From Planctomycetota bacterium (GTDB lineage Bacteria > Planctomycetota > B15-G4): 64,000 bases of DNA. This document shows positions 56,901 through 64,000 of the stretch, piece after piece (the stretch's first letter is position 1; each line of letters opens with the position of its first letter). The notes below the pieces were generated by a model. It was not told the DNA's origin. It was given only the letters and a program-made list of their open reading frames with translations, and made no database searches. Made by a program: the position numbers and the translations under genes. The DNA lies in assembly GCA_965248575.1 (NCBI GenBank), contig CBDFJQ010000002.1, forward strand, positions 3,168,001 through 3,232,000, read 5' to 3'.

Positions 56901-57033
56901 CGTCGAAGCCTTGGAACTCGCCGCGGCAGGTGACAAGGCTGGCGCCATCGCACGCCTGAAGCAGGGCGAGGACGAGGAGCAGACGGACCGCACGGACGCC
57001 CTGGCCCGACTGGCTGATGTGCTCGGGGGGTAG
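53917..57033 (+). CDS. TMTC/DUF1736-like GT-C glycosyltransferase with TPR repeats
   Basis: LVYDD, YRPLT, LFALHPLHSEAV, GKE, LWPKDLSVDY, AERLMYLPSIG, long TPR C-terminus. Confidence 0.85.
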   Translation: MTLTPSPSTGASSTEPTGGTALPALLVSLVALILYLPTLGHELVYDDWFLIDPGQNASMQGVNDDFGVALNLFTEEYWEGVNPSGVEELKNRGQALYRPLTTFIWGTLSFLFKYENATQAVPYHLANLLANVWVVYLLFQVIVRLFGSVRLAVLGSLLFALHPLHSEAVAYVAGLSDLISTVAVLLGLLFWLRATDNPAKLKLGPYVGLLATMFIGLLGKEGAVLVLAVVGLTDVMLTLRGRVTSMSQRIATYGGMLAVMAANIALRFAVIGYIKPSSNAIGTLDNVLINVDTGVRVANAFKLLAKYVWLVLWPKDLSVDYSKSVIDVSPGWASPGPLAGIILITVMVLLGLAKLRSSPAFGWGLLFFVGCATFVSNMFVPIGTVMAERLMYLPSIGLCLAAATILNRLLAPSETASGAKAGAGGGLNPVGLLLCVLILGGAGMRTYSRNADFHDPITLFEAAEQVVPESARVHFQLGTLYYNLGRFNAAVTQLETSLQYDPNFVRAAIQLGDVHSGDQNWERAIETYGLILKSVDGVDADPGDLAALQDMVLTKRAEAHRRSGNLEAALADVQRAVGLSSAGSVADRQLVSMLQGQQRWEDSIPVIRNALALAPDDSQMLFDLCRAAANTGDQELYNDSLAQLKETPDGRALGLVMEAVTLYAQALTNKNEALRAKAMDKFEQAIELDDSMATPYAFRGRYMAERSQFLHDAVTEYDRALERDPLHHMALGLKATALTQLGEFEAALDTLAILETVNPNPDLLILKAEAYFGLGELQELEEIRDQLRELGRDPIELLLNTAITYDAQGDTERALDLINQAFVDPEAAQNPEVWRHLGVLSLNAKKFEEALAAFVQQEATTLTNIELQGPFPYIPLNKAKSFLGLQRDVEAAAELERAEAILQGLDQQGPLWRLLRADILLTRADLFMAPGSLLFDAEQAELLCQEGMEHTNNQYPPFHDRSIEALLRADNTAEALARATAAQERFFKLDRFPVVVEALELAAAGDKAGAIARLKQGEDEEQTDRTDALARLADVLGG

Positions 57034-57074
57034 GCGGGCAGAGCGAACGCAGGCTTGCTGGATGTAGACCTGCC

Positions 57075-57283
57075 CTCATCGGTGGACTTCTTGCGAGAAG
57101 CGTCCGGCTCGTAGGTACTCGGGATTCACACGAAACCGCGAGTCCGTGGAATCAGCCTTGCCGGTGTGACGAGTACGATCCGCCTTGTGGGAGTCTTGCG
57201 CTTCGTGGGCACGAAGGCGCGTCGGGCTGATGAAACCTCCCAATCCCCCGCCGACTCACGAGTCAGCGGTCTCCAGCGATGAG
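57075..57283 (-). ncRNA. Candidate structured noncoding RNA of unknown class
   Basis: Closing helix 57075-57086/57272-57283 (11 of 12 bp) encloses several internal hairpins; G-U pairs favour the minus strand; no ORF in the track spans it. Confidence 0.45.
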
Positions 57284-57387
57284 TGGGAGGCAGATTTTCG
57301 GGACGCAGATCTGAGGCGAGTTTTCGAGGCGTCTGTTTGCCTCGCTGTCTGAGCAGCAGATCTAAGTCCCGAAAATCTGCCTCTCAC
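57283..57387. repeat. Long inverted repeat (REP/MITE-like palindrome)
   Basis: GTGGGAGGCAGATTTTCGGGACGCAGATCTG (57283-57313) versus the reverse complement of 57357-57387: 28 of 31 identical. Confidence 0.8.
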
Positions 57388-57404
57388 GGCATACGCCCTG
57401 CAGC

Positions 57405-57926
57405 CTAGCTGCCCTCGGAATCGGGGGCCGTGATCTCCACGATCACGTCGCCCTGCTCCACCGTGGTACCCGTCTCGCCGTGGATGGCTCCGACCACCCC
57501 ATCCAGCTCGGCTTTGACCTCGTTCTCCATCTTCATGGCTTCGAGGATGAAGAGCACCTGGCCGGCGGTCACCTCGTCGCCAGGGCGGACACGCATCTCG
57601 CGCAGGATGCCGGTCATGACGGCTCGAACGGACGCATCACCGCCCTCGTTTTCCTCACGGATGGAGCGCGCGAGGAATTCCCGCTCGCCCAGCACCTCGG
57701 TCGCGTAACGACTGCCGCCGATGAGCAGGTCGAGGCGGTCGCCATTCTCTTCGGCACCGATGTCCACCGAACGGCCATTCATCACGAGCGAATAGGCACG
57801 GCCATCCACGAGCGTTGCCACATCGATGTGCCGGGAGTCGTCGGTGATGGTGGCTCGCACCCCGGCGCCGTCGGCTTGCACGTCCACTTCATAGTGCTCG
57901 CCTGCCACCAGCACGTGGTACTTCAT
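57405..57926 (-). CDS. Biotin carboxyl carrier subunit of acyl-CoA carboxylase
   Basis: Biotinylation motif EAMKMENE; ATGA overlap with the biotin carboxylase gene. Confidence 0.92.
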   Translation of the reverse strand: MKYHVLVAGEHYEVDVQADGAGVRATITDDSRHIDVATLVDGRAYSLVMNGRSVDIGAEENGDRLDLLIGGSRYATEVLGEREFLARSIREENEGGDASVRAVMTGILREMRVRPGDEVTAGQVLFILEAMKMENEVKAELDGVVGAIHGETGTTVEQGDVIVEITAPDSEGS

Positions 57927-59479
57927 GAGCCTGCTCCCGGACGGAAGGAATCCACCCAACGGGTCCCTGCCGACACAGGGCCGGCCGCCCCCGCAGCTTC
58001 ATTCGCGTTGCCTGCATTTCCAGCGCGTGCCGCAAAACCGCGGCGGCCGCGCAGCAGGTGGGCCATGGTGGCCGCCAAGAAGGCGATGTCCAGCTGACGG
58101 CGCTCGCTGGTGCGCGGGGCGAATTGCTTCGGATCGGACTCGACCGTGCTCGTGTCGTACTGCCCGCTGCCGAAGGCCTTGCTAGCGATCACCCGCCTCA
58201 AGAACGGCAGATTCGTCGTGACACCGGCCACCGTGGTTTCCGTGAGGGCGCGCGCCATGCGTTGGATCGCCGCTTCGCGATCCGCTGCGTGGACCGAGAT
58301 CTTGGCCAGCATGGGGTCGTAGTGCAGCCCCACCTCCATGCCTTCGAAGAGGCCGGTATCGACCCGCACGCCCGGTCCGCCGGGCATCTCCAAACGGTGC
58401 ACACGCCCAGTCGCTGGCAGGAAGCCGTTGTCGGCATCCTCCGCATACAGCCGACACTCGATGGCATGCCCGCGATGGACGATCTCGTCCTGCGCCATGG
58501 GCAACGGTTCGCCACGCGCCACCATGATCTGCCAGCGCACCAGATCGATGTCGGAAGTCAGTTCGGTGATCGGGTGCTCCACCTGGAGCCGCGTGTTCAT
58601 CTCGAGCACGTAGAAGTTCTTGTGCTTGTCCACGAGGAACTCGAGGGTGCCTGCGTTCTCGTAGTTGATGGCCTTTGCGGCGCGCACGGCGGCCTGACCC
58701 ATCTGCTCACGAAGCTCGTCGTCCAGGATGGGCGACGGCCGCTCTTCCACCACCTTCTGGTGGCGCCGCTGGATGGAGCACTCGCGCTCACCGATGTGCA
58801 CGACGTTGCCGTGACTGTCACCGAAGATCTGTACTTCGACGTGGCGCGGTTGCTCGAGGTACTTCTCGATGTAGACGGTGCCGTCGCCGAAAGCGTTCTG
58901 CGCTTCACTGCGCGCACGATTCGCTGCCGCGAGAAGCTCCTTCTCATCGTGCACGATGCGGATGCCCTTGCCGCCGCCGCCCGCGCTGGCCTTGATCATC
59001 ACCGGGTAGCCGATGCGCCCGGCCTCGGCCAGGAGGGTCTCGTCGTCCTCGACAGGGTCCGCCGTCCCAGGAACCACGGGCACTCCTGCCTCGATCAAGC
59101 GCCGGCGGGCCTGGATCTTGTCGCCCATCGCCTCCATGGCGTCGCCGGAAGGGCCGATGAAGACGATGCCCGCCTGCTCGCAGTCCCGGGTGAAGCCGGC
59201 GTTCTCCGACAGGAAACCGAAGCCCGGGTGGATGGCGTCCGCACCCGTCTCGAGGGCTGCCTTCAGGATCAGGTCCCCCCGCAGGTAGCTCTCGGAGCTG
59301 GCCGCCGGCCCCAGCCGCACGGCCTGGTAGGCGGCCCGAACGTGCAGGGCATTCCTGTCCGGGTCCGAATAGACGGCCACGGTCTTGATACCCATTTCGC
59401 GGCACGTGCGCATGACGCGCAGTGCAATCTCGCCGCGATTGGCCACGAGGATCTTCTCGATCTTGCGTGCAGCAGCCAT
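57923..59479 (-). CDS. accC: Biotin carboxylase subunit (acetyl/propionyl-CoA carboxylase)
   Basis: KILVANRGEIA, HPGFGFLSEN, KASAGGGGKG, ERECSIQRRHQK, EMNTRLQVEH. Confidence 0.93.
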   Translation of the reverse strand: MAAARKIEKILVANRGEIALRVMRTCREMGIKTVAVYSDPDRNALHVRAAYQAVRLGPAASSESYLRGDLILKAALETGADAIHPGFGFLSENAGFTRDCEQAGIVFIGPSGDAMEAMGDKIQARRRLIEAGVPVVPGTADPVEDDETLLAEAGRIGYPVMIKASAGGGGKGIRIVHDEKELLAAANRARSEAQNAFGDGTVYIEKYLEQPRHVEVQIFGDSHGNVVHIGERECSIQRRHQKVVEERPSPILDDELREQMGQAAVRAAKAINYENAGTLEFLVDKHKNFYVLEMNTRLQVEHPITELTSDIDLVRWQIMVARGEPLPMAQDEIVHRGHAIECRLYAEDADNGFLPATGRVHRLEMPGGPGVRVDTGLFEGMEVGLHYDPMLAKISVHAADREAAIQRMARALTETTVAGVTTNLPFLRRVIASKAFGSGQYDTSTVESDPKQFAPRTSERRQLDIAFLAATMAHLLRGRRGFAARAGNAGNANEAAGAAGPVSAGTRWVDSFRPGAGS

Positions 59480-59734
59480 CCGTCGCCTGTCGCGGGGGGG
59501 GGGGAGTGGGAGTTTGTGGACCGGGAAAGCTGGAACAGCCCTCAGCCTCCTGACAAGCCGGGGATCATAGCAACGGCCTCCCTGCCGCGAGAATCCTCCC
59601 TCTCCCAGGGGCGAGACCGGCGCCCCCGAGCGGGTGCCGGGGGGCGGAGTTCCAGAAGTTCCGCAGCTGAGGGATTGACGTGGCGAGCCCCGCTCGCAGG
59701 ATTCTCTGGACCAACACCCATCGAGCGTCCCCCG

Positions 59735-61042
59735 ATGTCCGACTCCTCCACCGCCCCACACCCCTCGCCCCGCGACCACGCCCCCTCGGTCTTCCGGGAC
59801 GTGCCCTACATGGGTGTGATCTTCGTCGTCGCCGAAGCCATGAAGCGCGGCTTCACCAACGGTCACCCCGATTGGTGCAACCTGGGCCAGGGCCAGCCCG
59901 AAGTGGGCGAGATGGCCGGCTCACCCCCGCGCATCTCCCACGTGGACCTGGCGCCGGAAGACCACGCCTACGGCCCGATTGAAGGCACGCCTGAGCTGCG
60001 CTCCGCGGTTGCCGACTACTACAACCGGCTCTTCCGGGTCGGCAAGGCGAGCCAGTACGGCCCCGAGAATGTCGCCATCGCCCAAGGGGGCCGGCTCGCC
60101 CTCTCCCGGGCCCTCGCGGCCGTCGGCCCCACCATCGTGGGCTACCAGCTGCCTGACTACACCGCCTACGAGGACATGCTCGACCTGCATCTGGCGCGCA
60201 TCACTCCCATCCCTCTGCGCGCCTCCGAGTCGAACGGGTTCGCCCTCACCCGCACAGAGTTCGAGTCGGCTGTCCAAGACCAAGGGCTCGGCGCACTCAT
60301 CCTCAGCAACCCCTGCAACCCGACCGGCAAGGTGATCGCCGGTGACGAGCTCAAGGGCTTCCTGAATGTGGGCCGCGCGGGTGGCTGCACCATGTTGATG
60401 GACGAGTTCTACAGCCACTTCATCTACGAGCAGGGCGCCGACGGTCAGTTTGTTCCCGGCGCTGGCCCCGTGAGCTCTGCGGCATACATCGACGACGTCG
60501 AGCAGGACCAGGTGCTCATCTTCGATGGCTTGACAAAGAACCACCGCTACCCGGGCTGGCGCATCGGCTGGGTGCTCGGCCCCTCTGAAGTCATCAACAC
60601 CATGGGCCGCGTGGGCAGCGCCATGGATGGCGGCCCCAGCCGGCTGGCACAGCGCGCCGCCCTCCAGGCCTTGGTGCCAGAGGTTGCGGACCAGGAGACG
60701 ACGGCGCTGCGCGAAGTCTTCACCGCGAAGCGCAACCTGATGGTGGAGCGCCTGAGCGCCATGGGCGTGCGCTTCGCAGAAACACCGGAGTCGACCTTCT
60801 ACGCCTGGGGCTGCCTCGACCAGCTTCCAGCACCGTTCAACGACGCCATGTCCTTCTTCTGGGCCGCTCTTGAGCAGAAGGTGATGACGGTGCCAGGCAA
60901 GTTCTTCGACGTGAACCCCGGCAAGCGCCGCAGCGCCGAGTCGCCCTACACCCAGTGGATGCGCTTCAGCTTCGGCCCGCCCATGGACAACATGGTGCTC
61001 GGCCTCGACCGTCTTGAGGCCATGCTGGCAGCTGCTCGCTAG
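59735..61042 (+). CDS. PLP-dependent aminotransferase class I/II
   Basis: NLGQGQPE, SNPCNPTG, DEFY, DGLTKNHRYPGWRIGW; true start MSDSS at 59735. Confidence 0.9.
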   Translation: MSDSSTAPHPSPRDHAPSVFRDVPYMGVIFVVAEAMKRGFTNGHPDWCNLGQGQPEVGEMAGSPPRISHVDLAPEDHAYGPIEGTPELRSAVADYYNRLFRVGKASQYGPENVAIAQGGRLALSRALAAVGPTIVGYQLPDYTAYEDMLDLHLARITPIPLRASESNGFALTRTEFESAVQDQGLGALILSNPCNPTGKVIAGDELKGFLNVGRAGGCTMLMDEFYSHFIYEQGADGQFVPGAGPVSSAAYIDDVEQDQVLIFDGLTKNHRYPGWRIGWVLGPSEVINTMGRVGSAMDGGPSRLAQRAALQALVPEVADQETTALREVFTAKRNLMVERLSAMGVRFAETPESTFYAWGCLDQLPAPFNDAMSFFWAALEQKVMTVPGKFFDVNPGKRRSAESPYTQWMRFSFGPPMDNMVLGLDRLEAMLAAAR

Positions 61043-61548
61043 CGCGTCAGGACCGGCAGGAACTCGACCCAGGGCCCCACCTCCTGGCCCCAGCGGCGGG
61101 CCATGACCCGCGAGATCTGGGCCAGGTGGCCCAGGTCGTGCACGACCCAGGTGGCCAGCAGTTCCGAGAGCTTCACGCGCCCGAAGGCCGGGTGCGTACC
61201 CGTGCGTTCCATTTGGGCGGCATCCAGCTGGAGCGCGGCGAGGCTCGCCAGGCTCACCCGACGCAGCTCGCTGAAGTGTCGCAAGAGGACCTCCACGTCT
61301 TCGCCTTCGAACTGATCGAGATGGGCGCTTCGATCGAAGGGCTCAAAGGGTTTCTGCTCGCCGTGCTCCAGCAGGCGCACCACCCGAGGGACCCAGTCGG
61401 TTTGCTCGCCGTGGACCAGGTGGCCCAGCACCTCAAAGGGGCTCCAGGCCTCGGCAATCTCCCGGGTGTGCAGCCATTCGGGTGCAAGGCCGCTCAGCTG
61501 GGCGGCCAGGACCTTCGGCGTCCGGGACAGGATCTCAAGGTGTTCCAT
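61039..61548 (-). CDS. DinB family protein
   Basis: WSPFEVLGHL, HPAFG, WVVHDLGHLAQI. Confidence 0.88.
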   Translation of the reverse strand: MEHLEILSRTPKVLAAQLSGLAPEWLHTREIAEAWSPFEVLGHLVHGEQTDWVPRVVRLLEHGEQKPFEPFDRSAHLDQFEGEDVEVLLRHFSELRRVSLASLAALQLDAAQMERTGTHPAFGRVKLSELLATWVVHDLGHLAQISRVMARRWGQEVGPWVEFLPVLTR

Positions 61549-61605
61549 GATCGGTCTCCTGTCAGGAACGTCCGAAGGCAGGGGCAGGACGCGGGACGAC
61601 GACTC

Positions 61606-63144
61606 CTACAGCGGGATGTTGCCGTGCTTCTTGGGCGGGTTTCGGTCGCGCTTGGTTTCCAGGAGGCGCAAGCCGGCGATCAGCTTGGCGCGCGTCTGCC
61701 GGGGCTCGATCACCGCATCGATGTAGCCGCGGGACGCTGCTTCATAGGGGTTCGCAAAATTCGCCTCGTACTCGGCCACCAGGCGATCCATCTCCGCCTG
61801 CTTGTCCTCCGCGCCTGCGATCTGCTTGCGGAAGATGATCTCCACCGCGCCCTTGGCCCCCATCACCGCGATCTCGGCCTGGGGCCATGCCAGGTTCAGG
61901 TCGCCCCGGATGTGCTTGCTGCTCATCACGTCGTAGGCACCGCCATAGGCCTTGCGGCAAATGACCGTGAGCTTGGGCACCGTGGCCTCGCAGTAGGCGT
62001 ACAGCAGCTTCGCCCCGTGGCGGATGATGCCGCCATACTCCTGGGCGGTGCCCGGCAGGAACCCCGGCACATCCTCGAAGGTCACGAGGGGGATGTTGAA
62101 GGCGTCGCAGAAACGGATGAAGCGAGCGCCCTTGTCGCTGCTGTCGATGTCGAGCACCCCTGCCAGCACCATGGGGTTGTTGCCGATGATGCCGACGCTG
62201 CGACCGTCCAGCCGCGCAAACCCAACGGTCAGATTGCCCGCGAAGTCCGGCTGCACCTCCAGGAACTCGCCGTCGTCCACCACACGCGTGATCACTTCGC
62301 GGATGTCATAGGGCTTGTTGGGGTTCTCGGGCACCAGCGTGTCGAGCGCCTCATCGGCCCGCGAAGCCTCATCGTGGCAGGCCACGCGCGGCGGATCCTC
62401 GCGGTTGTTCAACGGCAGGTAGCTCATCAGCCGGCGCAGCAACGCCAGGCAGTCGGCGTCGTTGTCCGCCCGGAAATGTGCCACGCCGCTCTTGCGGGTG
62501 TGGGTCCGCGCGCCGCCCAACTCTTCGCTCGTGACCTCTTCGTGGGTCACGGTCTTCACCACGTTGGGGCCCGTCACGAACATGTAGGAGCTGCCTTCGA
62601 CCATCACGATGAAGTCCGTGATGGCCGGGCTGTACACCGCCCCGCCTGCGCATGGCCCCATGATGGCCGAGAGCTGGGGGATGACGCCGGAGGCCAGGGT
62701 GTTCTGCAGGAAGATGTCCGCGTAGCCGCCCAGGGAAACGACGCCCTCCTGGATGCGCGCGCCGCCGCTGTCGTTCAAACCCAGCACGGGCACGCCCACC
62801 TTCAGCGCCTTCTCCAGGAGCGCCACGATCTTCTGTGCGTGGGCCTCGCCCAAGCTGCCACCGCTGATGGTGAAGTCCTGACTGAACACCGCCGCCGGGC
62901 GGCCATCGATGGTGCCGAAGCCCGTGATCACGCCGTCGGTGAGGTGGGGCTTCGTGCCGAAGGCCGTGATGTCTCCGCGAATCAGCTGGCCGTACTCCTC
63001 GAAGGAGCCTTCATCCAGCAACAGATCCAGGCGCTCTCGCGCCGTGAGCTTCCCCTTCTCGTGTTGCGCGGCGACCCGCTTCTCACCACCCCCGGCCAAG
63101 GCCTCCTCGGTGCGGCGGCGAAGGTCTTCGAGACGGTCAGACAT
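61606..63144 (-). CDS. pccB: Acyl-CoA (propionyl/methylmalonyl-CoA) carboxylase carboxyltransferase subunit
   Basis: [60 protein letters not shown]. Confidence 0.92.
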   Translation of the reverse strand: MSDRLEDLRRRTEEALAGGGEKRVAAQHEKGKLTARERLDLLLDEGSFEEYGQLIRGDITAFGTKPHLTDGVITGFGTIDGRPAAVFSQDFTISGGSLGEAHAQKIVALLEKALKVGVPVLGLNDSGGARIQEGVVSLGGYADIFLQNTLASGVIPQLSAIMGPCAGGAVYSPAITDFIVMVEGSSYMFVTGPNVVKTVTHEEVTSEELGGARTHTRKSGVAHFRADNDADCLALLRRLMSYLPLNNREDPPRVACHDEASRADEALDTLVPENPNKPYDIREVITRVVDDGEFLEVQPDFAGNLTVGFARLDGRSVGIIGNNPMVLAGVLDIDSSDKGARFIRFCDAFNIPLVTFEDVPGFLPGTAQEYGGIIRHGAKLLYAYCEATVPKLTVICRKAYGGAYDVMSSKHIRGDLNLAWPQAEIAVMGAKGAVEIIFRKQIAGAEDKQAEMDRLVAEYEANFANPYEAASRGYIDAVIEPRQTRAKLIAGLRLLETKRDRNPPKKHGNIPL

Positions 63145-63344
63145 GACGAACTCCAGGTGGCGCTGCGGAACCGCGCCCCTTCCATGGAACGCATGGTCAG
63201 GGTGCGAGTGGGTCGGGCCCATGGATCCGCGAAAGGGCGGGATTATAGGTGTGCGTCCCTCGTGATCGGAAGCGATCAGTCCCCAGCCGTTTCTGTGGAC
63301 CAGGCCGCGTGGCGCAATCCCGCTCCACACCGCACAATCCCTGC

Positions 63345-64000
63345 ATGCCTGCCCCCTCCGCCGTGCCCACCTGCCTGCTCCTGCTCGCTCTTGGCCTGCT
63401 TGAGGTCCCTGAATCGGGCGGGGAAAGCCCCCCCGACCCCAAGGCGGGCTTCGCCCTGATCCAGGAGGACGACCTGCAGGGCGACCTCGAGATCCTGGCG
63501 GCTCCGGCCCTCGAAGGGCGGGACTCACCGAGCCTTGGCCTCACCCTCGCCGCCGAGTACATCGTTTCGCGCCTGCAAGCGGTGGGCTTCAAGCCGGCCC
63601 CCGGTTCGGAGAGTTTCCTGTCAGCGTTCTCGCGCGATCTTCCGAGCCCCGAGATCGAAGCCTGCTCGCTGTCGCTGACGAACGCAGAGGGAAACGAGAC
63701 ACCCTTCATCTACGGCGAGCACTTCGTGCCGGTCTGGAAGGCGGACGGGCAGGCAAGCGGCGAGCTCGTGGTGCTGGGCTTCGGCATCGATTCCGACTCT
63801 GACAAGTACGACGACATCACAGGCAAACTGTCGGGCAAGGTCGCCGTGATCCTCAGCGGCGAGCCGCGCCATCGGAAGAAGTTCGAGGGGCCTGATGTCA
63901 CCGACGCGGCCGACCTCTACAGCAAGCTCCGCTCCTTGAAGAGCGCCGGACTCTCCGGCGTGCTCGTCGTACGTCGGCCGGTGGGCCACGAAGCAGGAGT
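63345..64000 (+). CDS. M28-family peptidase with PA domain, truncated by the window end (absent from the ORF track)
   Basis: Manual translation: signal peptide, [24 protein letters not shown], then PA-domain-like [29 protein letters not shown]; frame runs off the end. Confidence 0.75.
   Translation, partial: MPAPSAVPTCLLLLALGLLEVPESGGESPPDPKAGFALIQEDDLQGDLEILAAPALEGRDSPSLGLTLAAEYIVSRLQAVGFKPAPGSESFLSAFSRDLPSPEIEACSLSLTNAEGNETPFIYGEHFVPVWKADGQASGELVVLGFGIDSDSDKYDDITGKLSGKVAVILSGEPRHRKKFEGPDVTDAADLYSKLRSLKSAGLSGVLVVRRPVGHEAG

Noticed and set aside
57080..57112. Group II intron domain V (minus strand GAGCCGGACGC...)
   Set aside because: The complementary 3' arm and domain VI are missing, and no RT/maturase is nearby.
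57226..57236. Hammerhead ribozyme core (CTGATGA..GAAA)
   Set aside because: CTGATGA runs directly into AAC with no stem II before GAAA, so the topology does not fit.
58058..59734. Apparent 994-aa aminotransferase fusion; similar long N-terminal extensions on ORFs 40601, 41650, 52805 and 63528
   Set aside because: The extensions overlap genuine opposite-strand genes or intergenic DNA; family homology begins at downstream start codons.

Overview
High-GC bacterial chromosomal segment with about 44 protein genes. The gene content (squalene-cyclase-like prenyltransferase repeat protein, many FG-GAP/CRTAC1 and carboxypeptidase-regulatory-like surface proteins, sulfatase-fold proteins, TMTC-like glycosyltransferase) suggests an uncultured Planctomycetota-like organism; this is inference. 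Core genes include gcvT-H-PA-PB, recQ, a lipoate ligase, a three-subunit acyl-CoA carboxylase and SPFH/NfeD. No CRISPR array, tRNA, rRNA or transposase was recognised. Highlights: (1) a selenocysteine peroxiredoxin that the ORF track splits in two, with an in-frame TGA at the peroxidatic Cys position and a SECIS-like hairpin; (2) a ~210-nt multi-helix noncoding structure plus an abutting 31-bp inverted-repeat element in the convergent gap at 57.0-57.4 kb; (3) a coupled DUF455 diiron protein and ATP-grasp pair between two Thr-type sulfatase-fold paralogs; (4) an ArsI-like enzyme followed by a Cys-tailed SigZ-like sigma factor; (5) a predicted membrane-anchored SNF2 helicase overlapping an RDD gene. 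All family calls come from motif recognition by eye, and no searches were run.
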